DNA of 64,000 nucleotides from Candidatus Omnitrophota bacterium (GTDB taxonomy: Bacteria > Omnitrophota > Gorgyraeia > Zapsychrales > JBDRMG01): NCBI GenBank assembly GCA_043812495.1, contig JBDRMG010000016.1, forward strand, positions 66,137 to 130,136, in the 5' to 3' direction. Both the position numbers and the translations under genes were made by a program. Below the pieces are notes generated by a model, which made no database searches, was not told where the DNA came from, and was given only the letters and a program-made list of their open reading frames with translations. Shown piece by piece: positions 18,519 through 27,713 of this stretch (its first letter is position 1; every line of letters starts with the position of its first letter).

Positions 18519-19058
18519 TCATGGGACCGGTTGTGGCGGTTGAATTCTGTATTCATTGGGATTGTAGGGTGAGTCTTTTTTGATCTTGAATGTCAGAATA
18601 TCGATAACATTTTTAGGATCAATGGTATGGACATACCATTCTTTGGTTCTTAAATCATAAATCAAATCCCACTTGAGGATGGACGTGATGATTCTTGTGA
18701 TTCCGCCGATGTCATCGACAAAAATGGTATACTCTTGCGCGGGACGAACGCGTAATTGATCTCCCCGCGGATCATAGATGAGTCCATTGATGATTTTTCG
18801 GCTCCATAGGGCCGAATCCAATCCAATATCGCTGAATCGTGCCGTGCCTTCTGAAGCCGCATACACTCCCTTATTTTTAAAATAATCTTCAAGATAACCG
18901 ATGAGCATCTTGACCCTGGCTTGAAATAAGACGGCAAACTGTTCGCAATCAATCTCTTGATTTTGGCCGTACACAGAAGGCACCAGACAATTTGCGCTCA
19001 ATAGGACAAAGAGTATAATTAAAATATATTTCATAGGAACATTGTACAGGCTGTTCAT
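18519..19058 (-). CDS. Hypothetical secreted protein.
   Basis: A signal-peptide-like N-terminus (MKYILIILFVLLSANCL). No recognisable domain. Confidence 0.4.
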   Translation of the reverse strand: MNSLYNVPMKYILIILFVLLSANCLVPSVYGQNQEIDCEQFAVLFQARVKMLIGYLEDYFKNKGVYAASEGTARFSDIGLDSALWSRKIINGLIYDPRGDQLRVRPAQEYTIFVDDIGGITRIITSILKWDLIYDLRTKEWYVHTIDPKNVIDILTFKIKKDSPYNPNEYRIQPPQPVP

Positions 19059-19122
19059 GGACGAAACAAGAAAAATTGTCCGTATGATCGCCTAAAAAGG
19101 AAAGGAATGCGGATAGGCTGAC

Positions 19123-20148
19123 TTATTCGACGAGTTGAATGTCGATTTTGACTTTACCCTGAACAGCCCTGACAGACGGTGAGTAAAAAGGCTTGGCATC
19201 TTTAATCATATAGCCTTGATTCCCGTTTAATAGGGCAATGCGGTCGCGTTCTTCTTGCGCGGCGATATGGGCCAAATGGGCCTCGCGCCGAAGATCTCTG
19301 ATTCTCAAGCGGATATGCCGATTCTTATTTTTATTGACGGAAATGGCGTATTGACCTTCATCTAAGCTCCTGATATCGCCGTTTAATATTCTCATTTCTT
19401 CCGCAAGGACAGCTATCTGTCTGCCGAGTTCATCATTTTTCCTTCTCATGTCGCTAATTTTTTCGTTTAAACCCTGAACCACGGAAGCGTTCTGCGCTTG
19501 AGCCTTCGCGAGCATATCCTCCGTCTGAACCAATAAAGCTTTGGCGGCATTCAAATCTTTGGACATATACATAATCGCGTCTTCTTGAATACGATTCTGA
19601 TCAAGGGCACTCGCATAAAGACTCGCTTGACCTCGCGCGTTGGCCAACATCAGATGATTGGATCTTTCGATTTCTCGATGAATAATCGCCTGCTGAATAA
19701 AGTAAACAGCCAAGAGCGCAACCATAATCGCAAAAAGAACAACGCCGATTCTCGTTTTGATGCGCTCGGCACCCTCAATCCGCGCTATTCTGTTTTGAAT
19801 CTTCTCTTTCAGGCGAAGGGCGATATCCTGAGCCGGATTCACAAATTCGATTCCGCACAGACTTCGGGATCCCAAGCGTTGCGGCCGCGCCCAAACCATT
19901 CGCCCAACAGGCGGCAAGAAGTCGACGGGTCCCTGTTTTGGCATTTCAAAAGCAAGAATGCTGTTTTGCGCAAAAGACACCTTGACATCGGTCTCAAGCA
20001 TCATGCCTGTTTCGCTTAAGTTTCTCACGCGCGCCGTCCCATCAATAGCCTGATCCTTAAAATGCCACGTCACGGGAAAACGCTCATTGATCCGGAAGCT
20101 TCTTCGAGCCTCCACGCGATACATCGGTGATTTGCTTAATAATCCCAT
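19123..20148 (-). CDS. PilZ-domain c-di-GMP-binding protein with a central transmembrane helix and a coiled-coil region.
   Basis: RRSFR...NLSETG are the PilZ RxxxR and D/NxSxxG motifs. A hydrophobic segment (IGVVLFAIMVALLAVYFI) follows, then a heptad-rich segment. Start was set at the ATG at 20148, which has a GGGGG Shine-Dalgarno. Confidence 0.65.
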   Translation of the reverse strand: MGLLSKSPMYRVEARRSFRINERFPVTWHFKDQAIDGTARVRNLSETGMMLETDVKVSFAQNSILAFEMPKQGPVDFLPPVGRMVWARPQRLGSRSLCGIEFVNPAQDIALRLKEKIQNRIARIEGAERIKTRIGVVLFAIMVALLAVYFIQQAIIHREIERSNHLMLANARGQASLYASALDQNRIQEDAIMYMSKDLNAAKALLVQTEDMLAKAQAQNASVVQGLNEKISDMRRKNDELGRQIAVLAEEMRILNGDIRSLDEGQYAISVNKNKNRHIRLRIRDLRREAHLAHIAAQEERDRIALLNGNQGYMIKDAKPFYSPSVRAVQGKVKIDIQLVE

Positions 20149-20156
20149 TTTATTTA

Positions 20157-20306
20157 CCCCCTTCAATGACGACACAGCTTATGGAGTCCGCCATTGTTTC
20201 TGTGTCTGTGGCGGACGACATAAGTTGTTTGTCGGAATTGAATCCTTGACAATTTTTGAAATATGGGTGGATATCGCAAGCAACCGAATATCAAAAATTG
20301 TCAAGG
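20157..20306. repeat. C-type hairpin repeat (20157-20235) followed by a perfect 16-bp inverted repeat, CCTTGACAATTTTTGA ... TCAAAAATTGTCAAGG (20244-20306, 31-bp spacer).
   Basis: Read directly from the sequence. The repeat lies in the PilZ gene 5' region and contains TTGACA on both strands. Confidence 0.6.
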
Positions 20307-20568
20307 GTTGCCTGCCTTCAAACTTTCAAGAACTAAAAAATAATTACTATATCGTTAGGGACAAGAAAACAGCTCTGTCTTTAGAGCTGTTTAATTGCTA
20401 AAGAATCATTTGTGCCACAAAATTAAATCTTAATATATTCACCCACGGGCCCCTATTCTTAAGGTAAGTGTACTATGAAAAAGGCAAGAAAACAAGGGTT
20501 TTGCTTTAATCACTAATATTAGTATATGTAACAATTTTTTGAGGAATTTTACAATAAAAAGAAGAAAT

Positions 20569-21363
20569 CTAGAGAAAAAGTTCGCCCTGAACTTCCTGAT
20601 GCGAAAATTTTTCCCCTTCAACCTTTTTCACGGCTTGGCGGTACTGGCAGAATTCGCAATTTTTGGAATATTCTGGAAGATTTTCTGACATCAGGCATGC
20701 GTGGGCCTTTTCTATGGCTGATTCCACCCAAGATGAATCACCTTGGTAAGCAATAATTTGCATATCAAACTCTAAACGGCCCTCAAAGGCTTCAGGGCTT
20801 CGATCGGCATTACAATAAACAAAGTAACCTGTGCCGGAAACATCAAATTGATTATGGCGCAGCAACCACTGATAGATTTCCATTTGGCGCTTATAGGCCT
20901 CTTTATAGATCCCGTTGAGCGTAATGGTCCCTGATGTGCTTGTTGATTTGAAATCAACGATATAAAGAACACCTTTGTCGTCAGTCCAGATATCGTCTAT
21001 AGCGCCAAACATAAGTAAGTTCGTGGGTTGATGATGATAACGAATGCCTTTAAAAACCTCCTGCCATTCTTGTAATTGCGGATGCTGAAAAGGCACGGCC
21101 TTAACACCATAACGCTCCATCAGTGGATGTGTTTGACCTTTCTGGCGATAAAGATCAAACTCTTTTTTCAGTAGGGCATCCACAGCTGAATTCAGAGTAA
21201 ATGCCGGCATGCCAGGCTGGTCAACTCCTAGGCGCCTGTCAAGATAAAAACATCGCGGACATCTGAGAAAGTTTTCCAGACGGGACCGGCTTAAGAAATA
21301 GGGAGCTTTCGATTGAGGATTGAATAGATTTCTTGTTCTTTTGTAATTATTTACAGAGGGCAT
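20569..21363 (-). CDS. PD-(D/E)XK nuclease family protein (Cas4/RecB-nuclease-like, 4-Cys).
   Basis: GAIDDIW...LYIVDFKSTS gives the D..D/E-x-K motifs. There is an N-terminal CPRC and a C-terminal C...CEFC cysteine cluster, as in Cas4 Fe-S nucleases. Confidence 0.6.
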   Translation of the reverse strand: MPSVNNYKRTRNLFNPQSKAPYFLSRSRLENFLRCPRCFYLDRRLGVDQPGMPAFTLNSAVDALLKKEFDLYRQKGQTHPLMERYGVKAVPFQHPQLQEWQEVFKGIRYHHQPTNLLMFGAIDDIWTDDKGVLYIVDFKSTSTSGTITLNGIYKEAYKRQMEIYQWLLRHNQFDVSGTGYFVYCNADRSPEAFEGRLEFDMQIIAYQGDSSWVESAIEKAHACLMSENLPEYSKNCEFCQYRQAVKKVEGEKFSHQEVQGELFL

Positions 21364-21383
21364 GATTTTGCAAATGGGTTATC

Positions 21384-23261
21384 CTACTTAAAAATTGCAT
21401 CCAAGACGCTATCAATCAGTTTTTCTTCCGAACTTTTCTCTTCCTGCGGCTGCGGCTCTTGGTCTTGGGGTGTTGTTTCTTGAGTTGATTGACCTTCTTG
21501 CGCCGGCTGCTCTTTTTCGTCTTTTCCGAGAACCTTTTGAAGGACTTTCTGCAACTCTTCTTTACCGTGCTGAACAATAATCTTTTTTCCCAGATATTCC
21601 AAGTCCGGCATATAGGAAAAATCCGGGATTTGTCCTTTGATTTTTGCGGGGATATAAATTTCTCCATTGTCATCAAGCAAATATTCCAATTCGGGTGTCG
21701 CCTGGACCATGCTGTCGGATAAATCCTGAGGAATCGATAGGCCAACGCTTAACGACAGCTGACGATCCAAGTTAAGGGTTCCTTGGCCCGTAATCATAAA
21801 AACATTTGTCTCGACTTGGGCACTATCAATATTAAGATTACGGCCGGACAATGTTATTTTAAGAGTGACCTTTTTAAGTGGCGTATCTTTTTCTTTGAGC
21901 TTGTCCTTGTATTTTTGCGGAAGATTCTCTTCTAATTTTTCTACAAGGCGCGGCAGCATGGAAATTTTGCTTAAAAACACCTTCAGGACATTGATATTCA
22001 CGAGCTTTCCATCCTGAACGTTAAGCTCGCCCTGCCCTGTCAGCGAATTCAGCGCGGCATCGGCATTCAGACCGTATCCTCCCATATCCATCTGACCCGA
22101 AAGTTTGCCTTGCAGTTCAACCGGTTGATTACCCTTGGGAATAAGTTGAGATAAATCGAGCTGATCGATTTCCATCATTACATCAAAGGCCTGTTTCTGC
22201 ATATAATCGACAATCGCTCCGTTCATTTTGATTTGACCGGAGGCCAAAGGTAAATTGGCTTCTTTAATGACCATATCTTTTTCGTTGATTTTGAATTTCA
22301 CGAGAATTTTCTCCAAAGGAAACGGGGCGCTCTTGATGCTCAGGCGGCCCTCTTGGAGCGCGCCGTCAGCAAATAATTTTGTCAGCCCCGATCGATTGAG
22401 CGTGATTTCATCGATAGCCATACTCAATTGGCCTTCAAAGCCTTCCTGAAAACCAACACCCTTGACCATGGGGATAGATGCTTCGAGTTGCTCAAGGGAT
22501 ATTTTAGATAAATCCGAATCGATTTTGATATTTCGGAAATGAACGGCGAGATTTCTCACGTCGACTTCCAGCGTGCCCTTGGCTGTGATGTTCTTCCATG
22601 AGCTAAAAACGGAACCCTCTAGGTTAAAGTCAATCGGTTCATTGAGCGAGAAATTGTCCACGGATAAGTTCAAGTTCTTGGCCTCGATAGCGATGGGCTC
22701 TTCAAGGGATTGATCGATAAAGGTGACCATGCCATCACGCAAGCGAAAGGATTTAACAAGAAGGGTGGACAGCGCCTTACTGGCTGTTGACATTTGCGAA
22801 TTGAATTTTGACGCAATCCCTGAAGAGGGTTCTTCGGAAGTTGTCTTCTCATCCTTTTGGGAAAGACCTTGAGTGTTGATCTGGCCCTTAGCATCACGGA
22901 TAATATTAATTTTTGGAGACACAAATTCAATACTTAAGATACTGATTTGTCTTGTTTTGATAAGGGTTTGAAGATCCAGGCCTAGCTGAACATCTTCTAT
23001 CGTTAAGAAATTTTCCTTTGAGAAGGCGGCATCATCAGCCAAAGCTAATTGATGAATATTGAGGGTAATGCCCTGCAAAAAAGAAATGTCTAATTGAATC
23101 TTACCGATGGCAACATCGCGACCGACAGACCGGCTGATTTCTTTGGTAATCTGGGTCCGGTATTTGTCGGCGTCAAAAGTACGCACAAACACAACAAGGC
23201 CGATGAAGGCAACGACTAGGATCATGCATAATACGAGAAAGAAAACCTTGAGAAATTTCAT
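21384..23261 (-). CDS. AsmA-family outer-membrane biogenesis protein with an acidic low-complexity C-terminus.
   Basis: An N-terminal transmembrane helix followed by AsmA-like repeats (DVAIGKIQLDISFLQGITLNIHQLALADD). A GGAGG Shine-Dalgarno precedes the ATG at 23261. Confidence 0.7.
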   Translation of the reverse strand: MKFLKVFFLVLCMILVVAFIGLVVFVRTFDADKYRTQITKEISRSVGRDVAIGKIQLDISFLQGITLNIHQLALADDAAFSKENFLTIEDVQLGLDLQTLIKTRQISILSIEFVSPKINIIRDAKGQINTQGLSQKDEKTTSEEPSSGIASKFNSQMSTASKALSTLLVKSFRLRDGMVTFIDQSLEEPIAIEAKNLNLSVDNFSLNEPIDFNLEGSVFSSWKNITAKGTLEVDVRNLAVHFRNIKIDSDLSKISLEQLEASIPMVKGVGFQEGFEGQLSMAIDEITLNRSGLTKLFADGALQEGRLSIKSAPFPLEKILVKFKINEKDMVIKEANLPLASGQIKMNGAIVDYMQKQAFDVMMEIDQLDLSQLIPKGNQPVELQGKLSGQMDMGGYGLNADAALNSLTGQGELNVQDGKLVNINVLKVFLSKISMLPRLVEKLEENLPQKYKDKLKEKDTPLKKVTLKITLSGRNLNIDSAQVETNVFMITGQGTLNLDRQLSLSVGLSIPQDLSDSMVQATPELEYLLDDNGEIYIPAKIKGQIPDFSYMPDLEYLGKKIIVQHGKEELQKVLQKVLGKDEKEQPAQEGQSTQETTPQDQEPQPQEEKSSEEKLIDSVLDAIFK

Positions 23262-23580
23262 TAATATCCTCCACATTTATTTAAGCTTAAAACCGGTGAA
23301 CCATACGGGAGCTATTGTACTTCTTGAACCCTTAAGAGTCCACATCTTTTTCATGGAAAACTGCCAGAAAATTTGTTTTAAAAAGATTAACGCAAAAGTT
23401 TATTGCTGCTTTTTAGGGCGCTCTCCTAACATTATATTTTATCGTAGGTTATGCATTTTAAGAAAACGCTTGTACAAAATACTATTTTTTTCAAAATAAA
23501 TTTGGCAACCTTGACAATCATGGTATATCCTTTCAGTAGATGCAACCACTTGCTCTTTGTAGAAAATAATCGTTCCATAT

Positions 23581-23905
23581 GACGATAAAGGCAAACCCGT
23601 TGTGAAACGGGGGCCCCGGCTTCGCCAAATATTTAACATGTTTGGCTTCGCCGGGCCCGGCATAGCTGAATGCGAAAGCAATTCAGCGAAGCCGGGGCAA
23701 AGCCAAGGGTCCTAATCAAATTTAAACAGGACAGCCTGGCTACCGAATCAAGAACGTTTTGACGATAAACCCTATATAAGGGTCCGGCGTAGCTAAACGC
23801 GAAAGCTTTTTAGCGAAGCCGGAGGCTAACTCGCTGTAAAGCGAGGGCGCAAAGTCAAGGGTCCTATGATGAGGGACGGCCTGGCTGCCGAATCAAAACA
23901 AACGG
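23581..23905 (+). ncRNA. Candidate structured RNA or cis-regulatory leader. Two tandem ~180/145-nt units each begin with GACGATAAA and contain a conserved hairpin, CCGGC-RTAGCT..GCGAAAGC..AGC-GAAGCCGG.
   Basis: The direct repeat runs 23581-23760 and 23761-23905. The inner stem differs between the two copies by compensatory changes (GCTGAAT/ATTCAGC versus GCTAAA/TTTAGC). A plus-strand intrinsic terminator follows. Confidence 0.35.
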
Positions 23906-23917
23906 GTCAGTAAATTT

Positions 23918-23953
23918 AGCCTGTTTCCCTGCAATAGGAAACAGGTTTTTTTA
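23918..23953 (+). terminator. Rho-independent terminator (CCTGTTTCC-CTGCAAT-AGGAAACAGG followed by T7).
   Basis: A perfect 9-bp stem plus a U-run sits 25 nt upstream of the RBS of the next gene. Confidence 0.6.
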
Positions 23954-23993
23954 TTGGGCAGCCCCAAGAAACACAAAAAGGAGGTTGGTTAAA

Positions 23994-24920
23994 ATGAGAA
24001 AACACGCAGTCATAACTTTTTTATTTATCGCTTTATTTGTGATGGGAACAACAGTCGCAGCTTTGGCAGGAACAGGCGGCTATACAAAGAATTCGAGCAG
24101 CGGTGGTGCCAGTGGTAATGCCGACATTGTTCCTACTGGTGTTTGTGGTGACGCGGATAACAATGGCGGAATAGACATCGATGACATGATCCTTGTCTAC
24201 GCGTATATTTTTGCCGGTGGCGAAGCGCCTTCATTCTATCTTCAAGCTGACGCGACGGGCGATGATGCGGTAGACATTGATGACTTTCTAAGATTACAAA
24301 ATTACATATTTGGTCAAGGGGAAGCGCCTGCATGTCACAAGTATGTCAGCTGCCTCGATTACAACGGAAATGGAAGAGTCAATACAAAAGACTTGGAAGT
24401 CCTGATAGCCTATATTTTTCAGGGCGGCGATCTGCCGGCTGGCGGCGATGCCACCGGAGACGGCGTGATTGACGTCGATGACTATGCGCAGGTCTTGATC
24501 CCTTACCTTTCCGGCACAAAACTTTTACCACCTTTGTGCGGAAGCAGGGCATTTTACCCTTGCTTGGATGCTACCAATGACGGTCAATCAAGAGAAGATG
24601 ATGTGGAAGCGATCATCAATGCAATTTTCAATGGTCAACCGCTTCCACCAAAAGAGCGCGCAGATTGTACCGGTGATGGCATTGTAGATATTGATGATGT
24701 GAGCTTTGCTATTGACTTTCACTACAATAATGGTCCAGAGCCAGTATGCTCATCGACAGGATTCCTAACACCATCTTCTGTTGAATCCTATTGCGGTGAT
24801 GGCATTTGTAATGGTGCCGAAACATGCGCAACTTGCTCAATGGACTGCGGCACATGTCCTGCTCCAGAGCCAACACCATCTGCCTCGCCTTCTACAACAA
24901 CCAGTACTATGCTTAGATAA
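23994..24920 (+). CDS. Secreted protein with six dockerin-type-I-like calcium-binding repeats and a Cys-rich Pro/Thr/Ser C-terminus.
   Basis: A signal peptide (MRKHAVITFLFIALFVMGTTVAALA) is followed by DADNNGGIDIDD, DATGDDAVDIDD, DYNGNGRVNTKD, DATGDGVIDVDD, DATNDGQSREDD and DCTGDGIVDIDD loops, each followed by an aliphatic helix. An AGGAGG Shine-Dalgarno lies upstream. Confidence 0.7.
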   Translation: MRKHAVITFLFIALFVMGTTVAALAGTGGYTKNSSSGGASGNADIVPTGVCGDADNNGGIDIDDMILVYAYIFAGGEAPSFYLQADATGDDAVDIDDFLRLQNYIFGQGEAPACHKYVSCLDYNGNGRVNTKDLEVLIAYIFQGGDLPAGGDATGDGVIDVDDYAQVLIPYLSGTKLLPPLCGSRAFYPCLDATNDGQSREDDVEAIINAIFNGQPLPPKERADCTGDGIVDIDDVSFAIDFHYNNGPEPVCSSTGFLTPSSVESYCGDGICNGAETCATCSMDCGTCPAPEPTPSASPSTTTSTMLR

Positions 24921-24947
24921 GATCGCAACCATGACACCTAAGCTTAA

Positions 24948-24990
24948 GGGCCCCCGCCATTGAATCAATGGCGGGGGCCCTTTCCTTTTA
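24948..24990 (+). terminator. Intrinsic terminator hairpin (GGGCCCCCGCCATTGAATCAATGGCGGGGGCCC followed by a T-rich run); this is an A-module variant.
   Basis: A perfect palindrome lies 28 nt after the stop and is followed by TTTCCTTTT. Confidence 0.65.
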
Positions 24991-25013
24991 TAATAGAATA
25001 AAAACCAGGGGAC

Positions 25014-25370
25014 CTAAATCGACAAAAACAGCGCACCGATCACTATTTCTATGCCAGCCCAAAGACGAAAGAACTTCATGGGCTGCTTCAAGAACCAATC
25101 ATAGATATGAACGGCTGCCTTCGCTTTTAAGAAAAAGAATCCTTTGAAGACGGCAATAAGACCCAAAATGAAGATGAACTTGGCTAGGACGCCATGAAGA
25201 TTCCCGGCGGCATTCATCAAAAGCACGCCCACAGCAAGGGCCAAGACAAAAATCCATCCGCGGACCTGTTTATAGCTCTTTTTCTTCAACCGATTGCGCA
25301 AATACTCCGGTTTAATTAACCACAGAATTCCCGACAAAATCCAAATCCACCCGAGAATTTTGAGAATCAT
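25014..25370 (-). CDS. Small integral membrane protein (hypothetical).
   Basis: Four predicted transmembrane helices. Overlaps the upstream gene by 4 nt. Confidence 0.4.
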   Translation of the reverse strand: MILKILGWIWILSGILWLIKPEYLRNRLKKKSYKQVRGWIFVLALAVGVLLMNAAGNLHGVLAKFIFILGLIAVFKGFFFLKAKAAVHIYDWFLKQPMKFFRLWAGIEIVIGALFLSI

Positions 25371-27328
25371 GGCTCTTCTCCTCTCCCTTCCATAAACTTC
25401 TGTATAGATTCTAAATTCTTGCGAAAATCCTGATTGTCTGGGTCTAGTCTGACCGCCCTTGTGAAACTCAAGCGAGCCTCCTTGATATTTCCGTTTTGCG
25501 CAAGGATAACGCCTAGTGTATTGTTCGCTTGAGCCGATAAGGAATTGACCTGGGCGGCCTTGTTGGCATATTTTAATGCCTCTTGAGGCTGACCTTTTTT
25601 CATAAACGTTAAAGCTAAATTATTATACGCCGCAAAGTTTTTTGGTTCGAGCTCAACAACTCTCAAGTAAGCATGAATAGCTTTATTAAGATTACCCTTT
25701 TTCTCATAAATATTTGCCAGGTTGGTAAAAATTTCTACCTCACCGGAGGGGTCAGCCTCAAGAGCGCGATAATAATAATAAATCGCTTGATCCAAATTCC
25801 TCTTGCTTGCATAGGCCAAAGCCAAATTACGATAACCTTGAGTCAAGAATGGATCTAGATGAATCGCCCGCTCGCAGTACACGATGGCCTTATCATATTC
25901 ATGAAGGTAACCCCATTGGCCGCAGAGATTAACATAAGCCTCTTCATACGTCGGATCGACTGAGATAGACTTTTGAAGATTTCTAATGGCTTGATCAAAT
26001 TGACCGATGCGGGCATAAGCGAATCCTAAATTACTATAAGGTCTTGGTTTATTGGGAGATTTCTTGGTTACATCACTCCATAGGGTAATAGGATCTGCCC
26101 AAACTTTGTTCCTTTCATAGGCGGCCCAGGACAAAATGAGAACAAGGCCACCGAGAATCAAAACAATATATTTCGTATTTCTTAAGATCTTCGTCAGACC
26201 AAAGGAAATAAGAAGGGAAAATCCAACCATAGGCAAATACAAATGATGCTCAAACATAATATCCCGCGCAAAATAAGCCATAGCCATAAATTCAACCGGC
26301 GTTGTCAGAAAAAACCACAGAATACAAAAGCTGATGATCCGCTGGCGCCGAAAAAGATAAACCGCGCAAATAAGCAAAGCCACCAAAAGGCAGAAGGCGC
26401 TGAATGTCGACGGGCTAAAAAAACCCGTAGAGAGCGGATAATCATAATCCAGATTCTGATTCACGGGCCACACCAGAAGTCTTAAAAAAGTTCGCTGGAC
26501 GTCTATTTTTGTTAAGAAAGTGGAGAGGTTCAGCGATGAGGTTATAAATTGCTTTCGAAACGTTAAAACGGACGTCGGGTGATAATCAATCATGATACAA
26601 AGGGGAATAATCAAAAGGGTCAGAAAAAAAGGAACAAAGAGTTTGAGGGATTTCTTCCAAGCTTCAAAAGCCAGATTAAAGAAGTAGAATTCGTAGGCCA
26701 AGAGCACAAAAGGAAATGTCAGCATCAGTTCTTTGGTAAACATGCCCAGAAGAACAACCAGAAACGCTGCCAAATGAAAAACAGGACGTGAAGTCAGACG
26801 AAATTTGATGTAGAGGTTAAGCGCTAATAAATAAAATAATACGGCCATGGATTGCGCTCTTTGGGTAATATACGTCACAGCTTGTGTTTGAATGGGATGA
26901 ACCGCAAACAAAAGGGCTGCGAAAAGAGAGATCAGATAAGATTTTTCTTTTAAAGAAGAATCTCGCAGGGCGGGAGTTTGAAATGTTAGAAGAACAAAGA
27001 TATAAACGCAGACACTTGAACAAATATGAATAAGTACATTGATCAAATGATAACCAGAAACATGTAGTCCTCCGACGGCATAATTGAGCGCAAAAGTGAA
27101 ACCCGTAAAGAAACGCGTATTAAAGGATGCCCAGAGTTGGCGAACATTCGGCATGCCGCGAATCGCTGGATTGCCAACAATGGTGCTCAGGTCATCAAAT
27201 TGAAAATCAGACTGAAATGTGTTTGAATAGACGCAAAGGCTCAATAAAGCAATCAAGACAAAGGCCCAACCATGAAGCCCTTTCTTGGTCCTCAGGATTT
27301 GGATGGCGCGGTCAAGATATTGTTTCAT
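25367..27328 (-). CDS. Membrane protein with a polytopic N-terminal domain (DUF1736/PMT-like) and a C-terminal TPR repeat array.
   Basis: Roughly 12 hydrophobic helices are followed by TPR motifs (AYNNLALTFMKKGQPQEALKYANKA..). Confidence 0.7.
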   Translation of the reverse strand: MKQYLDRAIQILRTKKGLHGWAFVLIALLSLCVYSNTFQSDFQFDDLSTIVGNPAIRGMPNVRQLWASFNTRFFTGFTFALNYAVGGLHVSGYHLINVLIHICSSVCVYIFVLLTFQTPALRDSSLKEKSYLISLFAALLFAVHPIQTQAVTYITQRAQSMAVLFYLLALNLYIKFRLTSRPVFHLAAFLVVLLGMFTKELMLTFPFVLLAYEFYFFNLAFEAWKKSLKLFVPFFLTLLIIPLCIMIDYHPTSVLTFRKQFITSSLNLSTFLTKIDVQRTFLRLLVWPVNQNLDYDYPLSTGFFSPSTFSAFCLLVALLICAVYLFRRQRIISFCILWFFLTTPVEFMAMAYFARDIMFEHHLYLPMVGFSLLISFGLTKILRNTKYIVLILGGLVLILSWAAYERNKVWADPITLWSDVTKKSPNKPRPYSNLGFAYARIGQFDQAIRNLQKSISVDPTYEEAYVNLCGQWGYLHEYDKAIVYCERAIHLDPFLTQGYRNLALAYASKRNLDQAIYYYYRALEADPSGEVEIFTNLANIYEKKGNLNKAIHAYLRVVELEPKNFAAYNNLALTFMKKGQPQEALKYANKAAQVNSLSAQANNTLGVILAQNGNIKEARLSFTRAVRLDPDNQDFRKNLESIQKFMEGRGEEP

Positions 27329-27341
27329 TCAATCAGGTCAA

Positions 27342-27713
27342 CTAAGGAGATTTGTCTTTTTGCGTTTCTTCTTGAGGGATGATGAGGGATTCTTGTTTGT
27401 AACCCGCCTCGGAGCAGATGGCTTTCACGCTAATGATATCGCCCGGCTTGGCCTGAACAGCTATATCGTTGACGAGTTCTGAGGCAGACATTTGCTTAAC
27501 ATAATTTTTATTTAATACTTCCTGATCGTTAAGATAAACAATAACTTTTCTAATGCGATGTTTCGTCAAGTTGTGCGTATTGTGCGATACAACAATATGG
27601 AGTATTTGGTTCTCTTGATTGTAATTAAGCTGAATTTCTGAAGGAGGGTGGGCGCTTGCGCTTTGAGCCATAAAGAATAATACGGCCAAAGCAAAAAGAA
27701 ATCTTTGCCTCAT
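27342..27713 (-). CDS. Hypothetical secreted protein.
   Basis: Signal peptide MRQRFLFALAVLFFMAQSASA. No known domain recognised. Confidence 0.4.
   Translation of the reverse strand: MRQRFLFALAVLFFMAQSASAHPPSEIQLNYNQENQILHIVVSHNTHNLTKHRIRKVIVYLNDQEVLNKNYVKQMSASELVNDIAVQAKPGDIISVKAICSEAGYKQESLIIPQEETQKDKSP

Noticed and set aside
20385-20425. A possible sigma-54 promoter (TGGCAC ... TTTAGCA on the minus strand).
   Set aside because: The spacing between the GG and GC elements is about 18 nt rather than the required 10-11.
23581-23905. Calling the tandem structured units a c-di-GMP-I (GEMM) riboswitch.
   Set aside because: Only a loose resemblance (GGCAAACC plus a GNRA hairpin in unit 1). The conserved ACGCAAAGC core is absent. 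Reported only as an unclassified structured RNA candidate.
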